A stretch of DNA of 64,000 bases from an uncultured archaeon (GCA_964645535.1 CAZYCQ010000006.1:27137-91136); one strand, 5' to 3'; shown: positions 1-9,344, numbered from the stretch's first letter. Made by a program: numbers and translations. Notes: a model not told the origin generated them from the sequence alone.

Positions 1-55
1 AAAACCGATTTTCATCAAGTTCAATTACTGAGTAGCTTGAAAAACCCTGAGGAGG

Positions 56-385
56 TCAGAACAAAAAAAAGTTGAAAACAGCTACCCATAAATAAAGAAA
101 TACAAAAAATCCCATCATAATCCCATGTCGCATTGCCCTGATAGGAGTCATATCTTTTAGAGCATACTTTTTTTTGACATAGAGACCAACAAGGTAAGAT
201 TGGGCAAAATAGAAAATTAGGCCTACCCAGCCGAGCCGTTCTTGAGAAGACAAATAAACGATGCCAGAAACGATGCCCATAATTATACCTGAGATTGTGC
301 TTGCCAATAGTTTAATCGAATATGCTTTATCGAAATCGTTGAATTCCTTGAATTTCCAAATGGCACCTGGCGTTTGAATGGACAT
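56..385 (-). CDS. small integral membrane protein (3 predicted TM helices), family not recognised
   Basis: 109-aa ORF with hydrophobic segments GIIMGIVSGIVYL, WVGLIFYFAQSYLVGLYV and GIMMGFFVFLYLWVAVFNFFLF. Last gene of the minus-strand pilus-like gene string. Confidence 0.5.
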   Translation of the reverse strand: MSIQTPGAIWKFKEFNDFDKAYSIKLLASTISGIIMGIVSGIVYLSSQERLGWVGLIFYFAQSYLVGLYVKKKYALKDMTPIRAMRHGIMMGFFVFLYLWVAVFNFFLF

Positions 386-435
386 TAAATAATTGCCAAT
401 TCTGGGTTAAATAAACTCTTTCGTGGATTACTAGT

Positions 436-903
436 TCATATGAACCCGATGATAAGATCTACCTGAGCCCAAAAGTCAGGTTCCACGGTAAATTTTTCGA
501 TCAATCTATCAATCAGTAAGGTGTCCGCTTTGAGCTCCTCATAGAACCCTTTTGGCCAGACAGCAATGAGGTGGATCCGACCATCTGCCAGAGCGCCGAA
601 GAGAATTCCAATTCTTTTTCCTGTTTCGCGTTGAATTCCCATCAGTGCCCAAATGGCTAGACCGGTCATATCTTCTCCTTTATCCGAGGTAATCCTTTTC
701 AGGTTGCGAAAAACCGAATAGTGTTCCAACTTTAGTGCAAGGTTGATGATCTCGTCAATGAAGGATCTGTCAAGAGTTGGTTCACCTAGCAAAGAGGAGA
801 CATCAAAGAAGTTCACCATGAGATCATCTTTATCTGTGGTTAGGTCTACACCCTCCATGACAAGTTTCCAAACTGGAGGATCGTCTAGTGTCATCAATTT
901 CAT
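436..903 (-). CDS. hypothetical soluble protein
   Basis: 155-aa ORF with protein-like composition, co-directional with and tightly spaced after the pilin-like genes. No motif recognised. Confidence 0.45.
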   Translation of the reverse strand: MKLMTLDDPPVWKLVMEGVDLTTDKDDLMVNFFDVSSLLGEPTLDRSFIDEIINLALKLEHYSVFRNLKRITSDKGEDMTGLAIWALMGIQRETGKRIGILFGALADGRIHLIAVWPKGFYEELKADTLLIDRLIEKFTVEPDFWAQVDLIIGFI

Positions 904-936
904 TACGATCAGAGATATAAATCGATTTCTAGAAAA

Positions 937-1566
937 TTAAACCTGCAAAGCAATTCCTTCTTCGGTAATAACATCAAAATTGTCCGCGGGGTTGGACACC
1001 AAATAATTTCCATTTCTTAAGTTAGTGACTGTTGAGGTTCCAGGAGGGATGACAGTAACAGTAGCATCGGATATCGGGATTGTTTCACCATTCAAAATTT
1101 TAAACACAGAGATCTCTGAACCCACAAGAACCGCGGAAACGGTTAGATCAATGGAGAGAGATTGTTGAAGGGTTTGTTTTGCATCACTTATTTCCATTTG
1201 CACAAGTAATGAAATCGAATAGCTTGAAGGAGCTCCAGCGACTACCAAATTGAATGTTGAGATTAAGAACGAGGAGGTGTATCCTCTTGACAAAAGATAA
1301 TTGGAAAGTTCATTGAGTTCTGATTGCATCTCAACATCGATGTTGCTCGTATTGGTGCTTTGAGTATATCTTGCTAGGGCAATATGGGTCAAGTCCTTGA
1401 TATTTTCAACAGAATTATCCCATGTCTGCAAGAAGACATCAACTCCCGAAGAAGGGTCGGTATATCTTGCCTTTTGAATGTCAAGCAGAATGCCGGTGAT
1501 ACTGACGAAAAAGGTGAGCATCAGGAGAGTGAGCAGGAGAAAGATTTGGCTTTTTCTTTTCATCAT
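937..1566 (-). CDS. class III signal peptide (prepilin-like) protein
   Basis: N-terminus MMKRKSQIFLLLTLLMLTFFVSITGILL is a short basic stretch, then S-Q, then a ~22-residue hydrophobic helix. GGAGG lies 7 nt upstream of the ATG. The mature part is Ser/Thr-rich. Confidence 0.6.
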   Translation of the reverse strand: MMKRKSQIFLLLTLLMLTFFVSITGILLDIQKARYTDPSSGVDVFLQTWDNSVENIKDLTHIALARYTQSTNTSNIDVEMQSELNELSNYLLSRGYTSSFLISTFNLVVAGAPSSYSISLLVQMEISDAKQTLQQSLSIDLTVSAVLVGSEISVFKILNGETIPISDATVTVIPPGTSTVTNLRNGNYLVSNPADNFDVITEEGIALQV

Positions 1567-1576
1567 TCCTTTCCTC

Positions 1577-2071
1577 CTAAAGTTTCCAAGCCGTCAATTG
1601 GAACCTATACCTTTCATAGACAGGACCTGCATTCATCGAGTTGTGAGCTGCTGAGTAATACTCGTAAACTAGGATGTCAGAATCTGGCGATTGAGGGGAA
1701 TTCTGATTTGCCAAATCTATAAGTGTATAAGTCCCATTGTTATTGATATCATGGTAAAGATTCACCAAAAATTCAAAATTAGAAGGTAATGAAGCCTTTA
1801 GGGCTTGAACAAGTTTCTGTTCGACCGTACTGCTCGAAGATAATGGGGAACCGGATAGGAAGGCTTGGCGGGCGGCATCGAAATATTCAAACAGGATACC
1901 TGATTCTCTGAGTTCTCTGACAGCATTTTCCAAATACTTCAAGTCGCTAGAAGGGTCATCTTTGATTGGTTCAGAAAAATTCTGGGCAGAGAAAAGTGTA
2001 GTCAATAAAATCAGAATGACCCCAATTGCGACCAATACTTCAATAACAAAAAGCTGGCTTTTATTTTTCAT
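1577..2071 (-). CDS. class III signal peptide (prepilin-like) protein
   Basis: N-terminus MKNKSQLFVIEVLVAIGVILILLTTLF has the same [KR][KR]SQ[IL] motif followed by a hydrophobic helix. Overlaps the upstream gene by 4 nt. Confidence 0.6.
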   Translation of the reverse strand: MKNKSQLFVIEVLVAIGVILILLTTLFSAQNFSEPIKDDPSSDLKYLENAVRELRESGILFEYFDAARQAFLSGSPLSSSSTVEQKLVQALKASLPSNFEFLVNLYHDINNNGTYTLIDLANQNSPQSPDSDILVYEYYSAAHNSMNAGPVYERYRFQLTAWKL

Positions 2072-3213
2072 AGGTTAACCTCCCAAACTGTAAGGCGAAT
2101 ATAAACGACTATTTCCCTGATTAAAACGGAAATGGTCGAGGTGGAAGAAATTCCATTCGGTACTGACGGGGGCGTGAGAGGAGGTTCAACATCACCATCA
2201 AGATAGGTCGGTAAAACATCGATAGTGTAGTACCCTGTTGTAAAGGAAGAATTTTGTAGGCTAAACAGGACAACAGAGCCGGTTGGTGGAAGAACAATGC
2301 TTGGGACAATGTTATAGGTTGCAGGAGTGGAATTGAATGTGGATTGGGAAATTTGCGATTGATTGATATCACCGAATGATCCTCCAGGGTAAAGTGCCCA
2401 TACATGTGATAAGGCATTAGAGGTCATCTTCTCTATATAAAGGTCAAGGGTGTTTGAACTTCCACTAGCAGACGGTTGAATGGTGGAATTGGTTTTCTGA
2501 AAATTGGCACCTACAGATTGATAAACAGCAAAACCTGTGTCTTGCATTGTACCAAATAAATCAGCGAATGAAACAGCAGCAACATAATTTGCAGGAAGTA
2601 AGCCAGTTGCGAGAACGTTATAATAACCAGATGAGTTGGTGGAGGAATAATAGGTTTGAAGAGTTGCATTCCCCGAGGAGCCAAGTTTTATTAAATGAAT
2701 CGTGATATTTGCCCCTTGAATCACTTCGTCCTCAATATTCACTCTTCCAACAATTCTAATGTCATTTCCAACAGGTGTCAATGACAAAATCGAATTGTTT
2801 AGGGGGGAGAACACCTCCAATCGGTACACTTTCCCTTGTGAAGGGAGATGGCGTCCTATCTCGTCATAAGAGAGACCGTATTCCGGAATGTTGGACCTTT
2901 TCAACCGAGCAAGTTTTATGTCATTTAAAGCATCGTTCTGCTGATTTTTCAGACCAATTGTCCAATTTAGGGATCCCAATGTAGTACTGTCCATATTTTG
3001 CCAGTTAGTGGAACCTGAAGTTGAAATTAGATTTCTTAGGGTTCTGTCGATCTGATTTGTTCGAATTTCAGTATCTGCGGTTGAGGCGCTATCTGAAATC
3101 AGATTATTGGTTACGACAAGAACATTCATCATGGTCAGCATGAAGATGATCATGGCAACAGTAAAGTCAACCCCTCTAATTTGGGATCGACGTTGTCTGA
3201 GGATGCGGATCAT
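2068..3213 (-). CDS. large class III signal peptide-like protein with a beta-sandwich region
   Basis: N-terminus MIRILRQRRSQIRGVDFTVAMIIFMLTMMNVLVV. The segment IRIVGRVNIEDEVIQGANITIHL...SSGYYNV...LPANYVAAVSF resembles a CarboxypepD_reg-like beta-sandwich. Ser/Thr/Asn-rich extracellular-type composition. Confidence 0.55.
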   Translation of the reverse strand: MIRILRQRRSQIRGVDFTVAMIIFMLTMMNVLVVTNNLISDSASTADTEIRTNQIDRTLRNLISTSGSTNWQNMDSTTLGSLNWTIGLKNQQNDALNDIKLARLKRSNIPEYGLSYDEIGRHLPSQGKVYRLEVFSPLNNSILSLTPVGNDIRIVGRVNIEDEVIQGANITIHLIKLGSSGNATLQTYYSSTNSSGYYNVLATGLLPANYVAAVSFADLFGTMQDTGFAVYQSVGANFQKTNSTIQPSASGSSNTLDLYIEKMTSNALSHVWALYPGGSFGDINQSQISQSTFNSTPATYNIVPSIVLPPTGSVVLFSLQNSSFTTGYYTIDVLPTYLDGDVEPPLTPPSVPNGISSTSTISVLIREIVVYIRLTVWEVNL

Positions 3214-3222
3214 TGGTATCCC

Positions 3223-3633
3223 CTATTCCTTCAGCACTGTTTCTTCAAGGAGTGACTTCACGTCTGAAAGTGTGGCTTCAAGCTTCACCATTTCAAGTCC
3301 GTTTTGGAACAAAGTAGTTACCCTAGCAATTGTTTCTTGGGCTTCTTTAATCCTCTCAGAAGAGAGCATTTCAATTTTTTCTGCGAGGTTATTGATTTCA
3401 TCCCTTGTAATAAGTTTGGATGCAAGTTCATCCAATCTTTCCTGGATTGGTCCCAGATCAATAGCTGTTGCAGCTCCCACGCTTTCCACGCCCAATTCAG
3501 AAGCAACACCAGGTTGTATCTTACCAATTTCAGAGATCAGTCTAAGGACATTGAAATTGATTTGGCTAAGCTCATTCTTCATGGTTGCAATTTCCTTTCG
3601 TAGGGCACTAATTTCATCTTCGATTTTTGCCAT
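3223..3633 (-). CDS. coiled-coil protein of the pilus-like operon
   Basis: 136-aa ORF with heptad-like charged/hydrophobic pattern at both ends (EDEISALRKEIATMKNELSQI; LEMVKLEATLSDVKSLLEE). Ends 10 nt upstream of the next ATG. Confidence 0.5.
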   Translation of the reverse strand: MAKIEDEISALRKEIATMKNELSQINFNVLRLISEIGKIQPGVASELGVESVGAATAIDLGPIQERLDELASKLITRDEINNLAEKIEMLSSERIKEAQETIARVTTLFQNGLEMVKLEATLSDVKSLLEETVLKE

Positions 3634-3699
3634 TACTCATTATTTTAATTCATCATTAAATAATCCTTTGGGAACAAAATGATGAAATTTTCACATTTG

Positions 3700-4710
3700 T
3701 CATTTAGCAATAAGTAAAATGTGGGCAATGAGTGCAATGACCATCAATATGGTAGAATGAACCAAACCAATCTTGATGGTTCCACTTCCCATTTTTCCAG
3801 CGGTCATCCCAGAAAAGAGCGCTTGTGAAGCCAAGACATAAAGGAATAGATTTCTGAACGCGTGGATCGGGATTGGAACAACCTCAACATTGTTTACGAC
3901 AATGGTCTGTGTCCCGAATTGTTCAAAGAAGGTTGCGAAAAGAACCCAAATCACCACAATGAAGATGAAATAGCTAGCATAGATAATGTACACATAAGGT
4001 TTGATCTGTGCTTCTCGTTCTCTTTTGATTTCAAGGATTTCTTGGACATGCTTCTGTGCGGCATCGAAAATTTCCTCCAGATTTCCTCCGGATCGTTCAG
4101 CCTCTAGGATCAAAATTGTTGCCTGTTTCGCCAATGGGGTTTGCACATTGTTCTTGAAGGAATTCATGGCATCCCTGAAAGGAATACCCCAAGAAACCTT
4201 TGCAGCCAGTTTTTTCAATTCAGGAGTTAATGGACCATAATTTCTTTTGGATGCTTCCAAGATTGCCCTTGGTAAATGCATACCAATTCGTTGACTGTCA
4301 GCAATTTCCCTTAGAAGGAAAGGGAGATTGTCGTCAATTGCCTTTAATCGCCTTGCTTCCCTGAAATAGACACCAATTGCAGGGATACCGATGAAAAGAA
4401 TTATTCCGACAACAACAAAGTGATGAACGGTGAATTTCAACGAATTGGGAATGAAACCTTGATTTCCGGTGGGAACAGAGAGGAATCCAAAAACGGGGTA
4501 CACAGGCTCTTCAACACCTGTCCTTGGATTGACAACCAATTGGGGGAGGTTTGTATTCACTAACCTGTAATCGTTCTGATATTCAAGAAATCCAAAGATT
4601 ATTACGATAATCGAAATCACGGTACTGACAGACCAGTACACGAATGTAGGAGATACCTGTTTTTTCCCTTTCCTCAATTTTTCCATTGCTTTTTCTTCAA
4701 TTGTTGACAT
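3700..4710 (-). CDS. type II/IV secretion system F-domain membrane protein (FlaJ/TadC-like, C-terminal half)
   Basis: T2SSF-type pattern GIPFRDAMNSF...LEAERSGGNLEEIFDAAQKHVQEILEIKREREAQIKPYVYIIYASYF followed by TM helices. Own GGAGGT 7 nt upstream of the ATG. Confidence 0.75.
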   Translation of the reverse strand: MSTIEEKAMEKLRKGKKQVSPTFVYWSVSTVISIIVIIFGFLEYQNDYRLVNTNLPQLVVNPRTGVEEPVYPVFGFLSVPTGNQGFIPNSLKFTVHHFVVVGIILFIGIPAIGVYFREARRLKAIDDNLPFLLREIADSQRIGMHLPRAILEASKRNYGPLTPELKKLAAKVSWGIPFRDAMNSFKNNVQTPLAKQATILILEAERSGGNLEEIFDAAQKHVQEILEIKREREAQIKPYVYIIYASYFIFIVVIWVLFATFFEQFGTQTIVVNNVEVVPIPIHAFRNLFLYVLASQALFSGMTAGKMGSGTIKIGLVHSTILMVIALIAHILLIAK

Positions 4711-4722
4711 AACATAACCTCC

Positions 4723-5622
4723 TTAATCGACTGGTTGAGATCCATCCACCATGATGATAATCACCGATTGGAAGAGCGGAATAATTATTACTCCAATTGT
4801 CAAGACGAATGAAGCAAGTCCATTGTGACCGATGGTTCCCTGCATTGCAACCATGGCCAAAATTACAACCAAGAATGTGGGGGTGACAATACAAAGAACC
4901 AAGAAAAGTTCTGCCAAGAGCCCTAAGGTTTCAATATAGGCTTTTTCCTGCGTGAGTTTCTCCTTCATCAAAGTTTCGGATGCGTTCTGGAGATATAGTT
5001 GTAAGTCACCTCCACTTGTGAAAGTGGAAACAATCCCCTCAAGGAATGCACTGTAGGTTGAAGAAGGAGATCGTTTAGAAGCCGCTTCCAGTGCACGGAT
5101 GATATCGAGGTTGAAAATTTCCACGTCTCTAGCGATTTTTTTCGCATCTTCCTTCAGGTACAGATCAAGATCGTCCTTGGATAATGAAAGAAAAATTTGA
5201 TCAGGAGTCACCCCCGCAGAAGCCATTGCAGTCATATAGCTTGCGGCAATGGGGAGAGATGCATCGATTTTCCGTTTTCTTTCCGAGATCTTGAAGGAGA
5301 GATTTAATATCATCCAGTTGTATGTCGCAAATCCCGCAAAAGCGCCAAAAAAGAAGGGCAAGATTATTGGGAAGGGAATTTCAGGGAAGAATACACTGAG
5401 AAACAGTTTCAAGATAAGAGAAAGAAAGAAAACGATCACGGCAGCCAAAATGGAATCAAAAATTGTAACGGAAAGAAACATCCGAAGGCTCCGATTCACG
5501 CCTGCCTTTTGCAACTGTCTTCTTAGATCTTCGAACTTGTCGAGTCTCCCCTCCAACCTTGTCCCAATCCATTTGTATGCTAACTTGTCGATGAAACTAG
5601 CATTTCGTCCTACAGTCGACAC
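4723..5622 (-). CDS. type II/IV secretion system F-domain membrane protein (FlaJ/TadB-like, N-terminal half)
   Basis: LQKAGVNRSLRMFLSV..., LEGIVSTFTSGGDLQLYLQNASETLMKEKLTQEKAYIETLGLLAELFLVL and TM helices, typical of the T2SSF domain. Confidence 0.75.
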   Translation of the reverse strand: MSTVGRNASFIDKLAYKWIGTRLEGRLDKFEDLRRQLQKAGVNRSLRMFLSVTIFDSILAAVIVFFLSLILKLFLSVFFPEIPFPIILPFFFGAFAGFATYNWMILNLSFKISERKRKIDASLPIAASYMTAMASAGVTPDQIFLSLSKDDLDLYLKEDAKKIARDVEIFNLDIIRALEAASKRSPSSTYSAFLEGIVSTFTSGGDLQLYLQNASETLMKEKLTQEKAYIETLGLLAELFLVLCIVTPTFLVVILAMVAMQGTIGHNGLASFVLTIGVIIIPLFQSVIIIMVDGSQPVD

Positions 5623-5753
5623 AATATCCTCAATGTATTAACGCAGGTTTCTTTTATATTGTTTATTGAAGTCAGATAGAATTAAACTGAAGAAATGTAT
5701 GGGAGAATGGATATTAAAACAATACTTAATACCTATGTTGAAGTAATGATAGC

Positions 5754-6551
5754 GTGGATCTTGCACCGTCAATCTTTATCAGCCATGGTTCTCCTATGGA
5801 AGCAGTTGAATGGGGACAATATCAGGAAAATCTGAGGAAGTTTGCAAAAGAAATAGGGAAACCAGAGGCTATAGTCTCTGTCAGCGCCCATTGGCAATAT
5901 TACCAACCGGTTTTGATCACCTCAAATGCAATCCAGAATACCATACACGACTTTTATGGATTTCCTGAACAACTTTATTTATTGAAATATGAGGCACCAG
6001 GTAACCCCTCACTTGCACATCGAATTTCAGAAATTTTGACAAATTCAGGGATTGAGACTCGTCTGACCGATGAATGGGGATTGGATCATGGAACTTGGGT
6101 TCCTTTAAGGATCATGTTCCCTGAAGCAGATATCCCCGTCCTACAAATTTCAATTCCCATCCCCCGTTCGTCGAAGGATTTAAACATAATTGGCAGGGTT
6201 CTTTATCAGCTCAGAAAAGAAAAAATCATGCTTATGGGTTCAGGCGGGATTACCCACAATCTAAGACTTGCCATGCAAAATGTCATGATGAACAAGCCAA
6301 ATGTGAAACCCGATAATTGGGCTGAAGAATTTGATTCTTGGATAAAGGAAAGACTTGAAGAAGGAAAGTTCGAGGATATACTTCATGCACAGAAGCACCC
6401 ATTATTCAATGTTGCAGCACCTACCACGGAACATTTTGAACCAGTTCATTTTATTTTAGGAAGCTTGGATTCCAAAGAGGGAATACGACAAATCCATGAA
6501 GAAATCAAATTTGGGAATCTGTCCATGAGGTCATTTGCTTCAGAATCCTAG
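5754..6551 (+). CDS. class III extradiol dioxygenase, LigB/YgiD family (4,5-DOPA dioxygenase-like)
   Basis: GTG start. Motifs FISHGSP, VSAHW, HDFYGFP and LDHGTWVPL match the YgiD/LigB pattern. Confidence 0.75.
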   Translation: MDLAPSIFISHGSPMEAVEWGQYQENLRKFAKEIGKPEAIVSVSAHWQYYQPVLITSNAIQNTIHDFYGFPEQLYLLKYEAPGNPSLAHRISEILTNSGIETRLTDEWGLDHGTWVPLRIMFPEADIPVLQISIPIPRSSKDLNIIGRVLYQLRKEKIMLMGSGGITHNLRLAMQNVMMNKPNVKPDNWAEEFDSWIKERLEEGKFEDILHAQKHPLFNVAAPTTEHFEPVHFILGSLDSKEGIRQIHEEIKFGNLSMRSFASES

Positions 6552-7489
6552 ACTAGACATTTCCACATATAATCAATTATTTCTGTGATTGTTTCTTCAT
6601 CGTTTGTCAGATCTATCGTCTTTACCTTGTAAGCATTTGCTTTTTCGATCAAATAGGATTGAATTTTCCTTATTTTTGAGAAATACTGGGAATATGTCGT
6701 CCCTCTGGATTGTGCCCGTTCCCGTTTTTTCAATCTTGAGAGATGGGCTTTTTCATCCTTGAGAACCAGCAAGACCTGAATAATGCGAGGATTCTTGAAA
6801 AGTTTGTTGTTGAGCATGCCCGGAACCAAATGGACACCTTCAATAATCAGGATATTATCCTGTCTCAAAGCCTTGAGTACAGCGGCTTCAGCACCAGTAA
6901 TTACGATTTTTGCCTGCTCTTCGAATCCTAGGATCGTTCGGCTTTCTGAAGAGAGAAGACGTATTTGGGAAGATGTAGTGTAGGAAGATGTGTGAAGGGT
7001 GGGCATCAAATGAGGGCTGAATACAGATCTCAAACTTTCCCTAATTAAATCCGTTCCCATTAATGATTTGATTTCCAATCTTTCCGCCAACATTCTTGCA
7101 ATGGTCGACTTCCCAATTCCAGTAACTCCTCCCAAAAGAATTACGAATGGACGAACATCCTCCATATCATTGGAAAGTATTCTTAACCGTTTTGCATAAG
7201 TTTGGTTGATATCTGCATACCAATCCTCAGTATATTGCAGAAGTTCTTTGACCTTGATTTCGGAAATATTCAGGTCCAACAATTCTTTTGCAATCAAGGT
7301 AGCATCACTGTATGCCTTTTCATATGGAATACCAATTTTCATCAGAAATTGGGTGAGATAACCTATAGAAAACCTTGTCCTGTGCTTTTTTTTGTGAACA
7401 ATGATATCTCCTGCTTTCAGGTTGATTTGAAATAGCTGTTCCCTTGTAAGACCGACAGGTAAACGCGGATCAAGGTTTTGTTTAGCCAC
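6548..7489 (-). CDS. 2-phosphoglycerate kinase family protein (COG2074-like)
   Basis: N-terminal ATP-cone-like segment (IIVHKKKHRTRFSIGYLTQFLMKIGIPYEKAYSDATLIAKEL) plus intact P-loop ILLGGVTGIGKSTIARMLA. Confidence 0.7.
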   Translation of the reverse strand: MAKQNLDPRLPVGLTREQLFQINLKAGDIIVHKKKHRTRFSIGYLTQFLMKIGIPYEKAYSDATLIAKELLDLNISEIKVKELLQYTEDWYADINQTYAKRLRILSNDMEDVRPFVILLGGVTGIGKSTIARMLAERLEIKSLMGTDLIRESLRSVFSPHLMPTLHTSSYTTSSQIRLLSSESRTILGFEEQAKIVITGAEAAVLKALRQDNILIIEGVHLVPGMLNNKLFKNPRIIQVLLVLKDEKAHLSRLKKRERAQSRGTTYSQYFSKIRKIQSYLIEKANAYKVKTIDLTNDEETITEIIDYMWKCLV

Positions 7490-7539
7490 AAAAGAAATTC
7501 AACGAATTAGTTTAAATTCTTGTCCCTTCTAGTCAAAGT

Positions 7540-8496
7540 ATGGAAAAACAAACCCCTTCGCTTCCAAATCGAATCTTGATTCGTGGTGTCGGATATGATT
7601 ATCTTTACAGCAGGGGGTTAATCGCCAATCACATCAAGGTCAGAGGGATTGATTACGATACTGCCTATCAAATTGCAAAAGAAGTTGAGGAAATTCTTTT
7701 GAAAAAAGGGATGAGATCAATAGATGAAAGTGACTTGTTTGAAATGGTAAGAACAAAGGCCAGAGATTATCTTGATCCTCAACAATCCAGAATATTTGAT
7801 ATAATTGAGAGATGGAGTATTTCAGGTGATCCATTGATCATTCTACTCTGTGGTGCACCCGGCAGCTATACCACTGAAATCGGACAAATTCTGGCAGAAC
7901 AGTTTTCAATTTCTCAAATTATCAGTACAAACACGGTTCGGGCAATTCTGCAAAGGGTGATCGCCCCTGAAATTGCTCCAGAACTCCATTCAGAAAGCCA
8001 TACTGCCTATGAGCACTTAAGACCCGTCCAAACCCATCATACAGACATGGTTATTTTGGGGTTTGAGGAGCATACCAAATTTGTCACGGAAACCATAGAA
8101 TCGATGATCAATCGTGCGCTTTCAGAAAATCTTTCAGTTCTTTTCCGAGGAGTCCATCTAGACCCAAGATTTATATCAAGAAACATTTTGGATAAACCAA
8201 ATGTTTTTTTCTTTACAATTCGCGTTCCAAATCCTAAACTTCAGTTAAATCGACTTTTGGAAATTTCTGGTAGAGGAAAGGAAGATGAGGTGACACTGGA
8301 TTTTCCAGACATACGAAAAATCCATGATTATCTTGTACAAGAGACTCAGCGACTAAAACTTCCAATCGCGAATTTCAATGGGGATGTTAGGGATTGTGTC
8401 AACACCATTTTGCAAGAGATTATTGACGGATTGGACATCTTGTACAAATCATATGAAGATAAAAAAAAGCACGGAAAGGATGAGCATCAATCCTAA
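7540..8496 (+). CDS. 2-phosphoglycerate kinase-like paralog with degenerate Walker A
   Basis: Same architecture as 6548..7489 (ILIRGVGYDYLYSRGLIANHIKVRGIDYDTAYQIAKEV...), but the P-loop reads LLCGAPGSYTTEIGQILA, with the Lys of GxxxxGK[ST] replaced. Confidence 0.6.
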   Translation: MEKQTPSLPNRILIRGVGYDYLYSRGLIANHIKVRGIDYDTAYQIAKEVEEILLKKGMRSIDESDLFEMVRTKARDYLDPQQSRIFDIIERWSISGDPLIILLCGAPGSYTTEIGQILAEQFSISQIISTNTVRAILQRVIAPEIAPELHSESHTAYEHLRPVQTHHTDMVILGFEEHTKFVTETIESMINRALSENLSVLFRGVHLDPRFISRNILDKPNVFFFTIRVPNPKLQLNRLLEISGRGKEDEVTLDFPDIRKIHDYLVQETQRLKLPIANFNGDVRDCVNTILQEIIDGLDILYKSYEDKKKHGKDEHQS

Positions 8497-9300
8497 AGAA
8501 TAGAGAAAAGCCTCTTTGCCTTCTCGGTTGATTTTCTCTGCCAAACCATAATTGATGGCAGATTCAATTTTCTCAATATGCTGATACAATTGACTGACTG
8601 GATCCCCAGGATTGGTGGATTTTGTCAATGGAACTTCTTCCAATGTCTCGACGGCTTCTATCCAAGCATTGAGGGCAGCAAGGGTTTCTGAGGAAAAAAT
8701 ATCCTTGGCTTTTCTGATTTTTTCCTTGAGCGATTTGAGTCTGTCATGATCGAATCGTACAACAGGTGTTTTTGGCGGTTCTCTCTGGAAATACAACGAA
8801 AGCGCCAAAGGAACTGCATCAATGACTTCATAGGGGATTTTGTAATAGTCGTTACCTTTGACCCTATAAACCCCAAAGTCAAGGTCAGCAATATTGAGGG
8901 TTGATTGATATTTTAGGGGATCGATAACGATGGCAACGGATTTATCAAAAAGGTTCTGATAATTCCTCTGCGTAGAGATATCTGTTGATGACATAAATGA
9001 TCGTAATCCGGGATGGGTGTGCCACCAGCCGACAATGGTAGCACCGTCTTGACGCTGGCTCATCTTGACAACAATATCGACAAGAGCCTGTTCTGAAATT
9101 TCAACATGAACTGCGGTTCCTTTCTGATCACCAACTTCAATATCCTCAATTATCAGAACATTTTCGTCCTCAATGTACCTTCCAATCAATAAGCCTGCTG
9201 TTTCTTTTTTCGGATGGTCTTTGTCAAACTGGATCATTTTTGCCATTGCTTCGAGCTTGATCAGAACTTTCGGATCATTCATCGTCAGATATTTTTTCAA
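8449..9300 (-). CDS. JAB/MPN+ (JAMM) metalloprotease with C-terminal membrane anchor
   Basis: Catalytic Glu in KKETAGLLIG and the JAMM motif WWHTHPGLRSFMSSTD (HxHx7SxxD). C-terminal hydrophobic helix AFLYSLGLMLILSVLFFIFI. Confidence 0.75.
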   Translation of the reverse strand: MKKYLTMNDPKVLIKLEAMAKMIQFDKDHPKKETAGLLIGRYIEDENVLIIEDIEVGDQKGTAVHVEISEQALVDIVVKMSQRQDGATIVGWWHTHPGLRSFMSSTDISTQRNYQNLFDKSVAIVIDPLKYQSTLNIADLDFGVYRVKGNDYYKIPYEVIDAVPLALSLYFQREPPKTPVVRFDHDRLKSLKEKIRKAKDIFSSETLAALNAWIEAVETLEEVPLTKSTNPGDPVSQLYQHIEKIESAINYGLAEKINREGKEAFLYSLGLMLILSVLFFIFI

Positions 9301-9326
9301 GCCATCCTAATTAAAACTGACGGATT

Positions 9327-9344
9327 CCACAAATGCGTTTGTGG
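9327..9344 (-). promoter_or_regulatory. perfect 7-bp hairpin between the ATPase and JAMM genes
   Basis: CCACAAA-TGCG-TTTGTGG read directly, in the 69-nt spacer between the stop at 9370 and the start at 9300. Confidence 0.4.

Noticed and set aside
3107-3682. 191-aa plus-strand ORF overlapping the coiled-coil and pilin-like genes
   Set aside because: Ser/Ile-rich shadow frame of two well-supported minus-strand genes. No independent signal.
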